From: Candidatus Faecisoma merdavium
Lineage (GTDB): Bacteria > Bacillota_I > Bacilli_A > RF39 > UBA660
NCBI GenBank assembly: GCA_018716405.1
Contig: DVJX01000056.1
Location: 1-55,012, forward strand
Length of the DNA stretch: 55,012 bases
Direction of reading: 5' to 3'
Shown: one piece after another, positions 46,738 to 55,012 of the stretch
How positions within the stretch are numbered: the stretch's first letter is position 1
How the letters are laid out: every line of letters begins with the position of its first letter
The notes under the pieces: generated by a model
Told to the model about the DNA's origin: nothing
Seen by the model: only the letters and a program-made list of their open reading frames with translations
Database searches by the model: none
Program-made: the position numbers and the translations under genes

Positions 46738-49281
46738 CTAGAAATCAAAATTATTTACAATAGCAATATCAATATAGAATTTTATACGAGTAGATTCTAT
46801 TCCCGTTTCTTCATCAATAATTACTAAATAATAAGGTTTATTTCTATCATAAGTAATATTTTTAAACACAAACTTTTCTCTAAAGAATCTATCTTTAACT
46901 TCAGTATTTTCATAATTTGCAATAATTGTACATTCATCAGATATTCTATTTCCATCTTCATCTTCAAAATGTAATAAGTATCTACAAGGTTTATTATTAT
47001 CATCAACATTACTATCTTGTAAAAATTCTAGATAAGTAATAGCATTTGTTATTTTTGTTGATAACCCACTGTAGGTAATTCCGACTTTTTTACTTTGTTC
47101 TGTTGTTCTTGTTGATTTAAAATCAATAACAGGTATTATTATTTCCTGAGGAAGTATTCCACCGTGAACATAATTTATGCCACTACCTTGTCTTGCAAAT
47201 ATAATATTTCCTTTAGGAATATTTACATAGCCACTATCTTTTCTAAACACATAATCTAAATTTATTGATAAAATACCTTCTTCATTAGATAGACTATCTG
47301 AATATGAATATCTTGTTTTTTGTTTTGTAGCATTTACTATCTTACTTGTTTTTTCATAACTTTCTATCTTACCTCTTTTATAGAAGAATCCGTGATCAGC
47401 AGTTATAAAAGCATTTATTCCACTAAATGTCGTATGCAAATCTCTAACTAATTTTTCTAATTCATTTATTGCTTTATCACAGGCAGTAAATATAGTATTT
47501 TCATTATGTTCTCCTACATTATCTATTGTATCGTGATAAATATATACCACTTTTTTACCAGAAAATAGTTTTTTCCATTCTAGTTTTGTCATTTCATATA
47601 AATCATCATATTTCACTGCAATAGAATCTATATTTTCTTTTTGAAGTAATAATTCTCTATCTTTTAAACTCGAAGAAACTTGTCCATCTACTAAAATGTC
47701 ATCACTATCTTTTACTCTTGACAATTCTTTATTAGGTAATAATGAAGCCATTCCTAATTTTGTATATGACGGAACAATTCCTTGCATATATCCAATATCT
47801 GATTTACTTGCAAAGTTTTTCAATTTGCTATTAAGTTCTTTTGCACATTCATATCTAAATGCATCAGATATAATAACAATTATTCTATCTTTTTTATCAT
47901 TAAATGGCTTAATATAATTTTTATAAAAATCTTTCTGCAAAGTCATACGATTAGAATCATATTTTGGCATATTCTCTATCATATCACTCCATTTAATTGA
48001 TAATTCGCTCATAAAATCATTTACATATATATTTTCAATTTTATTTTTTAAATTAATGAATATATCTTTATCTTCAATACTATCATAATAAAAATATATT
48101 TTTCTGTATAAAGTATCTACTTCATAGAAATTATCAGTATAATCTTTTGCAAATCTATCAATATCAACTATTTTTATTGCATTTTCAATACTATTTATTT
48201 TTTCAAAAAATGCTATTGAATTTTTTAACAAGTTATATTCATTTTCTAATTTTTCATACCAGTATTTATTTTCTCTTATATCTATATAATGTTTATATAC
48301 TTCATATTCACCAATACTATTGAATAATTTATCTACTATATACTTGATTATATTTTTATCAATACTTATAAAAGCATCACTCAAACAATAATCTTCAATA
48401 TCCATTCCATTAAGTAAGTCAGTGATTCCAAATTCTGTTTCTATATCCATTGATAGTTTTTCAAAATATTTTCTTGTAGTCTTATCTCTCATCAAATTAT
48501 TTATAAATACATAAACGTTAGTTGTTTTTTTAGTTAGCAAATATTTACTATATCTACTTGCTTTTTTAATATCTTTTAAACTTGTAGCAAAATATGTAAA
48601 TACTAAAGATTTATATACATCAAGTAAATCGTCATAAGAATTTGCATTAGAGCCAAAAGTATCATTAAATAAACTTAATATAAATTCTTCATTACCAAAC
48701 TTGAATAATTCTTCATATTTCTTTTCATCTTCAAAATAATATCTAATTATTTCTTTTAATATATCATCTTCATTTATTGATTTTATATTAAGCATAATTG
48801 CAGTAATAATCAAATCAATATTATCATTGTTTTTTTCTTCAATATCAAAATTTTTAAATTCTGCTTCTCTTTTTTTATTGCCAAAGAACTTGGCGTATTT
48901 ATTTATGATTTTTCTACAATCTTCTGTTAATCCCAAGTTCTTTAATCTCATAGTTGTTGAATCTGGATTAAATAATAAATCACTATTAGAAGTTTCTAAA
49001 TCCAATAAATCATTATCTATACCCTTTTTTCTTTCAAAAGGAAGATAGATAATAATATTTTTATTAAGTTCTTCTTTTTCTATATGATATCTAATCCAAA
49101 AACTATTATTATCGTACTTAATAATTTCTGTATCTTCTAATTCAAGTTCATTTATGAAATCTTCATATTCTTGTTTAGAATCATACCAAAATATTATTTT
49201 TCTTGTTCTTTTTCTTTCAGTATCTCTAGAAAAAGCACCTTTTAAAGTATCTTTTAATAATTCTAATACTTCGTCAAACAT
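46738..49281 (-). CDS. pglZ: BREX alkaline-phosphatase-superfamily protein PglZ
   Basis: PglZ-domain motifs IVIISDAFRYE and ITADHGF, ~850 aa, located between pglX and brxL. Confidence 0.9.
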   Translation of the reverse strand: MFDEVLELLKDTLKGAFSRDTERKRTRKIIFWYDSKQEYEDFINELELEDTEIIKYDNNSFWIRYHIEKEELNKNIIIYLPFERKKGIDNDLLDLETSNSDLLFNPDSTTMRLKNLGLTEDCRKIINKYAKFFGNKKREAEFKNFDIEEKNNDNIDLIITAIMLNIKSINEDDILKEIIRYYFEDEKKYEELFKFGNEEFILSLFNDTFGSNANSYDDLLDVYKSLVFTYFATSLKDIKKASRYSKYLLTKKTTNVYVFINNLMRDKTTRKYFEKLSMDIETEFGITDLLNGMDIEDYCLSDAFISIDKNIIKYIVDKLFNSIGEYEVYKHYIDIRENKYWYEKLENEYNLLKNSIAFFEKINSIENAIKIVDIDRFAKDYTDNFYEVDTLYRKIYFYYDSIEDKDIFINLKNKIENIYVNDFMSELSIKWSDMIENMPKYDSNRMTLQKDFYKNYIKPFNDKKDRIIVIISDAFRYECAKELNSKLKNFASKSDIGYMQGIVPSYTKLGMASLLPNKELSRVKDSDDILVDGQVSSSLKDRELLLQKENIDSIAVKYDDLYEMTKLEWKKLFSGKKVVYIYHDTIDNVGEHNENTIFTACDKAINELEKLVRDLHTTFSGINAFITADHGFFYKRGKIESYEKTSKIVNATKQKTRYSYSDSLSNEEGILSINLDYVFRKDSGYVNIPKGNIIFARQGSGINYVHGGILPQEIIIPVIDFKSTRTTEQSKKVGITYSGLSTKITNAITYLEFLQDSNVDDNNKPCRYLLHFEDEDGNRISDECTIIANYENTEVKDRFFREKFVFKNITYDRNKPYYLVIIDEETGIESTRIKFYIDIAIVNNFDF

Positions 49282-49292
49282 ATTCTATCCTC

Positions 49293-52200
49293 CTATTTTA
49301 TTTTAGCAAGTATATCTTTAAACTTATCGTAATTTACTTTTACTCCATCATCTAAATCAATACTTATTCTTTGATTTGCAATATGTGCTATTTTTTCATC
49401 ATATTCTTTTATTTCCTGTAATTTAGCATTTAAATCTGCTTGTCTTTTTTGTGCTTCTTTTTTATCTGACATAGATAATTCTGATGTAAGTTTATCATTT
49501 ACATCTACTAATAATTTTTCATAAGTCGTCTGCATTCTGTGTAAGTAGTCAAGTCTTACTTTTGGTATTAAGTTTTCATTATACCTATGCATATATACAA
49601 GTGCTTTAAATCCATTCTTTTTACCACTATCAAATAGCCAATATATTGGTCGTTTCTGATATGTTTTTACGTGGTCAGCAAAGAAATCATTTGCAAAGTA
49701 TCTCCTAATAGTATCTTCACTTGTTTCTGTTCCTTTTTTACCTAATGTTTCAGCAATAAAATCTAAATTTTCATTTAATGTTTTTTCTCCATAAACAACA
49801 CTTATAAATGTTTTAAATCTTTCAACTATATCATCACTAAAATACGCTTCATCAGTTATAGGAATAACATTATCGTTATCAACTTCAAATGATAAATCTA
49901 TTTCTTGTCCATTATCATTTAATACTTTATAATTTGCTAAACTAACACCTGCCCAACCACCGTCAGTTTTCTTACATTTTTTATATATTTCATCAAAATC
50001 TCCACCTGCATATATTAATCCCTCTTTATCAAGTGAGTATCTTCCAAACATACAACCAACTGCATAACTGATTAAAGATTTTATTTCTCTTTTTTTATCT
50101 GCTTTTCTAATAGTTATATCTTTGTCATCTACTTCTGGTGTTAATTCATCTTTTAATCCATAAATGTCTATAAATATTTCGTTAAGTTTTTCTTCATTTT
50201 CTTTTAATTTATTAAATTGCTTTTCTGTATATTCTTCCCATCTTCTAAAAGAATCATATATTTTTGATTTCATAGGAATCTCATCAGCAATAAAACAATC
50301 TTCACCAAAATTATTTTTTACTATTTTTAAATGTGTTGGTGCTACTTTAATATTAGTATCGTGCATTCCTGGCATAGAATCTATAAATTCTAATAAAGGA
50401 TGTTTTTTAAAATCCCAACTTGTTTCAAAAGAATCCCATTCCAATTTAGATATTTTAATATTACTTTTAACAATATCTTCTATTTCTTTAGTATTGTTCT
50501 TTGAAATAGGAATAGGAATATTAGCAATTACCCCAGAACTCATATTTAATGTAGGATTTAATACATCAACTATTTTTCTGACAACAACACTATTTAATAA
50601 ACCTGCCAAATAATAATAATACTTATCATTACAAAACAAAGAATGTGCTGCAACGTCAAATATCATACCTTGTGGATAACATCTGACACCAAAATTAGAT
50701 GAACTAATTAAATTCCAGGATATACATTTATAAAAATAATTTACTTCTCCTCTTGCTACATTTGGATTTTTATCTTTTATATATTCTTTTATGTCATATC
50801 CATCATTCCACCAATTTACAACACATAATTCATTACCATACCATTTTCTAAATTCACCACCATTATTATATGGGAACCATCTTTTTTTACTAATTTTTGC
50901 TTCTTCCTTATCTTTAGAGAATCTTTTTATATTATTCTTTGATACTTCATACCAATTTCTAACAAATTTATTATTGTTTGTTGTTGATAATCCTTGTCTT
51001 GGTGATCCTATATCACTTAATTTTTTAAAATCTTTAAATATTTTAAACATATTATCTGATATCCAATATGCTATTTGATAACCTGAAATATTTTCAAATT
51101 TTTTGCAAGATATTCTAAATGTATAATCTAATCTAGTTTTATTTATTGCATTTAAAAACATTTCTTTTTGCTTTTCCATCCCCCCTTTAAAATTAGTTAA
51201 TCTAAAAAATACCCCATCACTATTATCGTTATGGTTATTTAATACAAAAGTACAAATAGGAACAGTAGCCTCATCAAACGATGAATATTCAAATTGTATT
51301 AAAGAATTTATATTTAAATTATCTATAATATTTTTGCGCAATTTTTCATAAGAAGATATAAACATCCAAACAAATGGTGTCATCATTCCCAAATAACTCG
51401 AGTTATTTCCTAAAAGAGAATTTTTTATAATAAAACTTGAAAACAGATCAGTTTTTACATCGTTATATTTTTTTGAAATATATGCTTTTAAATTTTCTCC
51501 CATAACATTGCGATTCATATATGGTGGATTAGTAACCACAATATCATATTTTTGCGCTAAAATTTTTGCAATTATAATAATAGGAATTAGTTTTTCTTTT
51601 AATTCAATTCCAAATATTGTCTCATCATTATTTATATATTCTTCTAAATCTGAATAATCATAATTTTCTAAAATTAAAAGCGAACCTATTTCCTTTGCAT
51701 TTCTAAAATTATCAATTAAATACTTTGCTTGTTCTTTTATATTATTAGTAGTGATATTATCAATAGAAATTTCTGAAATAGTATTGGACTCTTGAATACT
51801 CATTATATTTAAATTTTTTACTATTTCTTTATTAAATATATTCTTGTCGTATTCTCTTGCTTTTAATAGAACAGACAATATAGATAATTGACCTGCTCTA
51901 TCATCTATATCTAATCCATATAAATTGTTTTTTAATATTAATTCAGGAATATCATTTTTATTAAATCCTGATTCCAAATAAATTTGATAAAACACTTCAA
52001 AAGCATATACAAGTATATGACCACTTCCACAGCAAGGATCTATAAATGTTATTTCTGTTGGATTTAATTTATCTTCTTTATTTTCTATATTATCTTTAAT
52101 AAAATATTTCCAATTACTTGTTATAGAAGATGAAGGATATAAGTTATTACTTGGATATAAATTGTCTGATGGATATAAAGCGCCATCTCCATTATGTTCT

Positions 52201-53003
52201 ATCCAATACCTCCCTAATGAATTCTCAACCATATATTTTACAATCCAATCTGGAGTAAATAACTGAGTAGCATAAGGTATTTCGTTTTTCTTATATGCTT
52301 TCTTTGCAGAAATAACTCTATCTTTTTCAGTTTGATTATAATATTGATATAACCATCCTATAATTTCTACTTGATTATAATTCTCTTCGGGTACTTCATT
52401 TATTACTTTTGTAATAAACCCTGTATCGTTTAACAAATTGTCTGGTATAAGAATATCTATATAATCTGTTATTCCATCAAATACTTGTGGTATTGCTCTA
52501 CCTAATTTTTTACAAACTAAAAGCAATACATATTTAAACTTTTCATTGTCATCTTTTAATTCTACATATTTTTCTTTCTTAAAATCTATATCTAAATCTG
52601 GGTTTATTAAATTAGTAAACTTTAATATTTCTGGATCTGGAGTATTATCTTTTGAAGATAATACTCTAATTCCAAGTGAGTGATTGTCTTTTGTTAAAGG
52701 AAGATAATCATTAATTTCCATATAACGAATAGCAATAATTCTATTAAACCAAGTATATGCCGCTTCCTCTATTACTTGTTCTAAAGATAATTCTTTAATT
52801 CTCTTTATTAACAATTCACGCTTTTGATATTCTTCATTTGTTAAACTTAATGAGTGTTTTTCATTAGATAAAACATAAATCTCACCTTTTTGTTCACTAT
52901 TAAATTCTTCATCAACATAAAATGTTTTAATTTTATTTCTAACTTTATCCATCAAATTCTTTCTTGATTCAATAGCAAACTTTTTTAATATCACTTTATC
53001 CAT
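49293..53003 (-). CDS. pglX: BREX N6-adenine DNA methyltransferase PglX
   Basis: ~1240 aa. SAM-binding FIDPCCGSGH and catalytic VVTNPPYM. Start set at MDKVILKK (SD GAGGAGG), overlapping the upstream gene by 8 nt. Confidence 0.9.
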   Translation of the reverse strand: MDKVILKKFAIESRKNLMDKVRNKIKTFYVDEEFNSEQKGEIYVLSNEKHSLSLTNEEYQKRELLIKRIKELSLEQVIEEAAYTWFNRIIAIRYMEINDYLPLTKDNHSLGIRVLSSKDNTPDPEILKFTNLINPDLDIDFKKEKYVELKDDNEKFKYVLLLVCKKLGRAIPQVFDGITDYIDILIPDNLLNDTGFITKVINEVPEENYNQVEIIGWLYQYYNQTEKDRVISAKKAYKKNEIPYATQLFTPDWIVKYMVENSLGRYWIEHNGDGALYPSDNLYPSNNLYPSSSITSNWKYFIKDNIENKEDKLNPTEITFIDPCCGSGHILVYAFEVFYQIYLESGFNKNDIPELILKNNLYGLDIDDRAGQLSILSVLLKAREYDKNIFNKEIVKNLNIMSIQESNTISEISIDNITTNNIKEQAKYLIDNFRNAKEIGSLLILENYDYSDLEEYINNDETIFGIELKEKLIPIIIIAKILAQKYDIVVTNPPYMNRNVMGENLKAYISKKYNDVKTDLFSSFIIKNSLLGNNSSYLGMMTPFVWMFISSYEKLRKNIIDNLNINSLIQFEYSSFDEATVPICTFVLNNHNDNSDGVFFRLTNFKGGMEKQKEMFLNAINKTRLDYTFRISCKKFENISGYQIAYWISDNMFKIFKDFKKLSDIGSPRQGLSTTNNNKFVRNWYEVSKNNIKRFSKDKEEAKISKKRWFPYNNGGEFRKWYGNELCVVNWWNDGYDIKEYIKDKNPNVARGEVNYFYKCISWNLISSSNFGVRCYPQGMIFDVAAHSLFCNDKYYYYLAGLLNSVVVRKIVDVLNPTLNMSSGVIANIPIPISKNNTKEIEDIVKSNIKISKLEWDSFETSWDFKKHPLLEFIDSMPGMHDTNIKVAPTHLKIVKNNFGEDCFIADEIPMKSKIYDSFRRWEEYTEKQFNKLKENEEKLNEIFIDIYGLKDELTPEVDDKDITIRKADKKREIKSLISYAVGCMFGRYSLDKEGLIYAGGDFDEIYKKCKKTDGGWAGVSLANYKVLNDNGQEIDLSFEVDNDNVIPITDEAYFSDDIVERFKTFISVVYGEKTLNENLDFIAETLGKKGTETSEDTIRRYFANDFFADHVKTYQKRPIYWLFDSGKKNGFKALVYMHRYNENLIPKVRLDYLHRMQTTYEKLLVDVNDKLTSELSMSDKKEAQKRQADLNAKLQEIKEYDEKIAHIANQRISIDLDDGVKVNYDKFKDILAKIK
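52131..52188. repeat. Three imperfect 18-bp tandem repeats inside pglX
   Basis: On the coding strand: TTATATCCATCAGACAAT / TTATATCCAAGTAATAAC / TTATATCCTTCA..., encoding ALYPS-DNLYPS-NNLYPS. Confidence 0.7.
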
Positions 53004-55012
53004 TATTATCCTCCTCATTCATCATCATCTTATAATGTTCAATATGTCCAAGTTTGTTAAAAATTTCTTTAAATACTTTTTTATATTTTTGAACCATATC
53101 ATCATCAAAAACAATATTAAATTCTTCATTAATATAATGTGAGTTATCGTTTATACAAGATATAAGTGATTTACACACAATCTTATCTGTACCCTCAAAA
53201 CTATCTATCGCTTTTTCATAATCTTTACTTCCAATAATATTAAAATAATATTCAAGGATTCTTCTCATTGTATTACAACAAGTATTTTTATTTATATTTT
53301 CATCTTTAAGTTCTTCCCATAGTAATTGGTATGTTGTTTCTATCGGATTTTTTTCATATTCTTTAATTGAAGATACTTCATTCTTCTTTGAAAGAACAAA
53401 GTATTTCTCTTTCGTTTCTTTTTTATTATCACGGCTTCCCCTATATACAATCTCTTTATAAAAATACACATTATGCGTTAATATAAAAATCTGTTTTATT
53501 CCATTTTCACTTTCAAAACACTCTGATATAAGTTTTTTTACAAGTGTGCTAACAATAAATAAAGAATTGCTATCAAGGCTTGAAATTGGATCATCTATAA
53601 CGAGTATTTTATCTCTCGTAATTCCAGAAGATTCATTACTTCCACTAATCAAATGATAGAAGTAAAGAAATGATATAAATCTATATTCTCCCTCACTTAA
53701 TGTTTTTCCTACATCCGTACCATCTGGTCTAACAATTTTATATGTACCTTGTATATTTCCCTCAGAGAGTTTAAAACCATCAAAACCAAATGATTTTAAA
53801 ATTTTATTTATTTCAATAAGTGATTCTGTTATACCTGTAATTTTCTTCTCATTTTCTTTTATAATATTTTTTTCTTCAAGTATTTTTCTGTTATTTTCAT
53901 TTAATTTTGTTTTCATAGGATTTAATGCTTTATCACAGTTTTCTGTTTTTACTTTAAATACACTAATCTCTGTTTCTAACTGCGAAACAATGTAATTCCA
54001 TAAATCTTCTACAAACTTATTTTTTTCATCATTAATATTTGATAATTTTTTATTGTTCTCTCTAATATTCATATTTAGATTAATTATTTTTTCATTTATT
54101 TTAGATACTATTTCTTCGGTAAAATTCAACTTTAAAACATTACTTGGAGCATTTATTTTCAACTCAATATTCTTCTTATTAATATTTGTTAAACTCTCCA
54201 ATTTTTCATAGTATAATTTCATATCAAAATCATCTTTGAAGTAACTATTACTAATATTTGCCACTTTATCTAATAATTTATCAGAAACTTCATTATATTG
54301 TGATTGTAATTCTACCAAATTATTGCATTTTTCTTCATATTCTTTATTAAAATATTCTGCTAAATGAGTAATGCTTTCGTTTAATTTTTGTTGGCAAAAC
54401 GGACATCTATTGTCGGATTTTTCAAGATAATTTAATCCTTGTTTTACCCAATCACTATTATTCAACTTGTTTATTAATTCAGAAACTGTTGTTTCGTCAC
54501 TTCCTTTAATAACTTCTTGGAAAATATTATTTTTTTCTATTGTATATAACTCATCAGCATTTACATTTTCTATTTCAGATTTTATTTGTAATTCATTATC
54601 ATATAATAATTTATAATTATTTACCAAATCACTATATTGTTTTAATTTTGTTTTATCAAGAGTTACATTTAAACACTTTAATTTAAACTTATCTTTACTT
54701 GTGCCATACCCTATAAGTGATTTAGAAAATTCATTAAATAATTTTATTTTTATTTTCCAACATTCCTCTTTTAATTCATCATCATATTGTTTCTTTTCAG
54801 ATTCTTTTTTTGTTATGTTTTTTTCTAATCCTTGATTTTCCTTTAATAAACCATCGATTGTATTTTTAGATTTGCTTATTATTTCTAAGGCTTCACCTGA
54901 ATCTTTTCCCAATGTAAATATTCCTTTTAGTTTTGAAGAATCACTAAAAAGTTCATCAACGAATTTTTTATTATATACTACCATTTCAGATTTATCGTTT
55001 TCATTTTTTTCT
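52996..55012 (-). CDS. AAA_13-family ABC/SMC-like ATPase with a PrrC/RloC-like C-terminal region, 5' partial (N-terminus beyond the window)
   Basis: The frame is open to the window edge. Long coiled coil with a CPFC (CxxC) motif. ABC signature LSEGEYRF, Walker B ILVIDDPISSLD and H-loop ILTHN. The C-terminus has MRRILEYYF...NDNSHY (RxxxE...H). Confidence 0.7.
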   Translation of the reverse strand, partial: EKNENDKSEMVVYNKKFVDELFSDSSKLKGIFTLGKDSGEALEIISKSKNTIDGLLKENQGLEKNITKKESEKKQYDDELKEECWKIKIKLFNEFSKSLIGYGTSKDKFKLKCLNVTLDKTKLKQYSDLVNNYKLLYDNELQIKSEIENVNADELYTIEKNNIFQEVIKGSDETTVSELINKLNNSDWVKQGLNYLEKSDNRCPFCQQKLNESITHLAEYFNKEYEEKCNNLVELQSQYNEVSDKLLDKVANISNSYFKDDFDMKLYYEKLESLTNINKKNIELKINAPSNVLKLNFTEEIVSKINEKIINLNMNIRENNKKLSNINDEKNKFVEDLWNYIVSQLETEISVFKVKTENCDKALNPMKTKLNENNRKILEEKNIIKENEKKITGITESLIEINKILKSFGFDGFKLSEGNIQGTYKIVRPDGTDVGKTLSEGEYRFISFLYFYHLISGSNESSGITRDKILVIDDPISSLDSNSLFIVSTLVKKLISECFESENGIKQIFILTHNVYFYKEIVYRGSRDNKKETKEKYFVLSKKNEVSSIKEYEKNPIETTYQLLWEELKDENINKNTCCNTMRRILEYYFNIIGSKDYEKAIDSFEGTDKIVCKSLISCINDNSHYINEEFNIVFDDDMVQKYKKVFKEIFNKLGHIEHYKMMMNEEDNNG

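Larger units (their letters stand above)
40365..55012. mobile_element. Probable integrated genomic island (serine-recombinase end at left; right end beyond the window) carrying toxin-antitoxin and BREX cargo
   Basis: A large serine recombinase is the first gene next to core genes. It is followed only by accessory-type genes (MazF module, sigma-like regulator, BREX, AAA_13 ATPase). The att sites were not identified. Confidence 0.5.

Noticed and set aside
1-55012. A search for CRISPR arrays, rRNA genes, IS elements or transposases, and long direct or inverted repeats that would delimit the T4SS cluster or the island.
   Set aside because: None was recognised by eye. Short repeats cannot be excluded without a computational repeat search.

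Overview
Very AT-rich chromosomal segment from a low-GC, apparently endospore-forming Firmicute; that assignment is an inference from gerE, gerM, spoIIIAH-like and spoVID/ysxE-like genes and a tmRNA tag ending in AFA. Nearly all genes are on the minus strand. I see four zones. (1) 1-20.9 kb is core: yigZ, a D-Ala-D-Ala carboxypeptidase, tsf, rpsB, sporulation genes, tRNA-Arg(UCU), galU, a T-box-controlled thrS, a PASTA-deacetylase, der, engB, ssrA (tmRNA), smpB, rnr, rmuC and a rhodanese. (2) 21.0-30.8 kb is a compact seven-ORF Gram-positive type IV secretion operon: VirB6-like, VirB3/PrgI-like, an apparently split VirB4, a SpoIID+CHAP hydrolase, a lipoprotein and a VirD4 coupling protein. It has no relaxase, integrase or replication gene nearby and sits between core genes. 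(3) 30.8-40.4 kb is core again: a bactofilin-repeat membrane protein, UPF0316, rbfA-infB-ylxR-nusA-rimP, a CPBP protease, a phosphoesterase and a GNAT. (4) 40.4 kb to the window edge is a probable genomic island. It starts with a large serine recombinase and carries a three-ORF MazF module, an unclassified GC-rich structured non-coding element, a sigma-70 region-4 regulator and a type 1 BREX operon tail (pglX-pglZ-brxL). A PrrC/RloC-like AAA_13 ATPase is translationally coupled directly upstream of pglX and is truncated by the window edge. I saw no rRNA, CRISPR array or IS transposase. Most short ORFs in the supplied track that lie antisense to long genes look like AT-rich artefacts.
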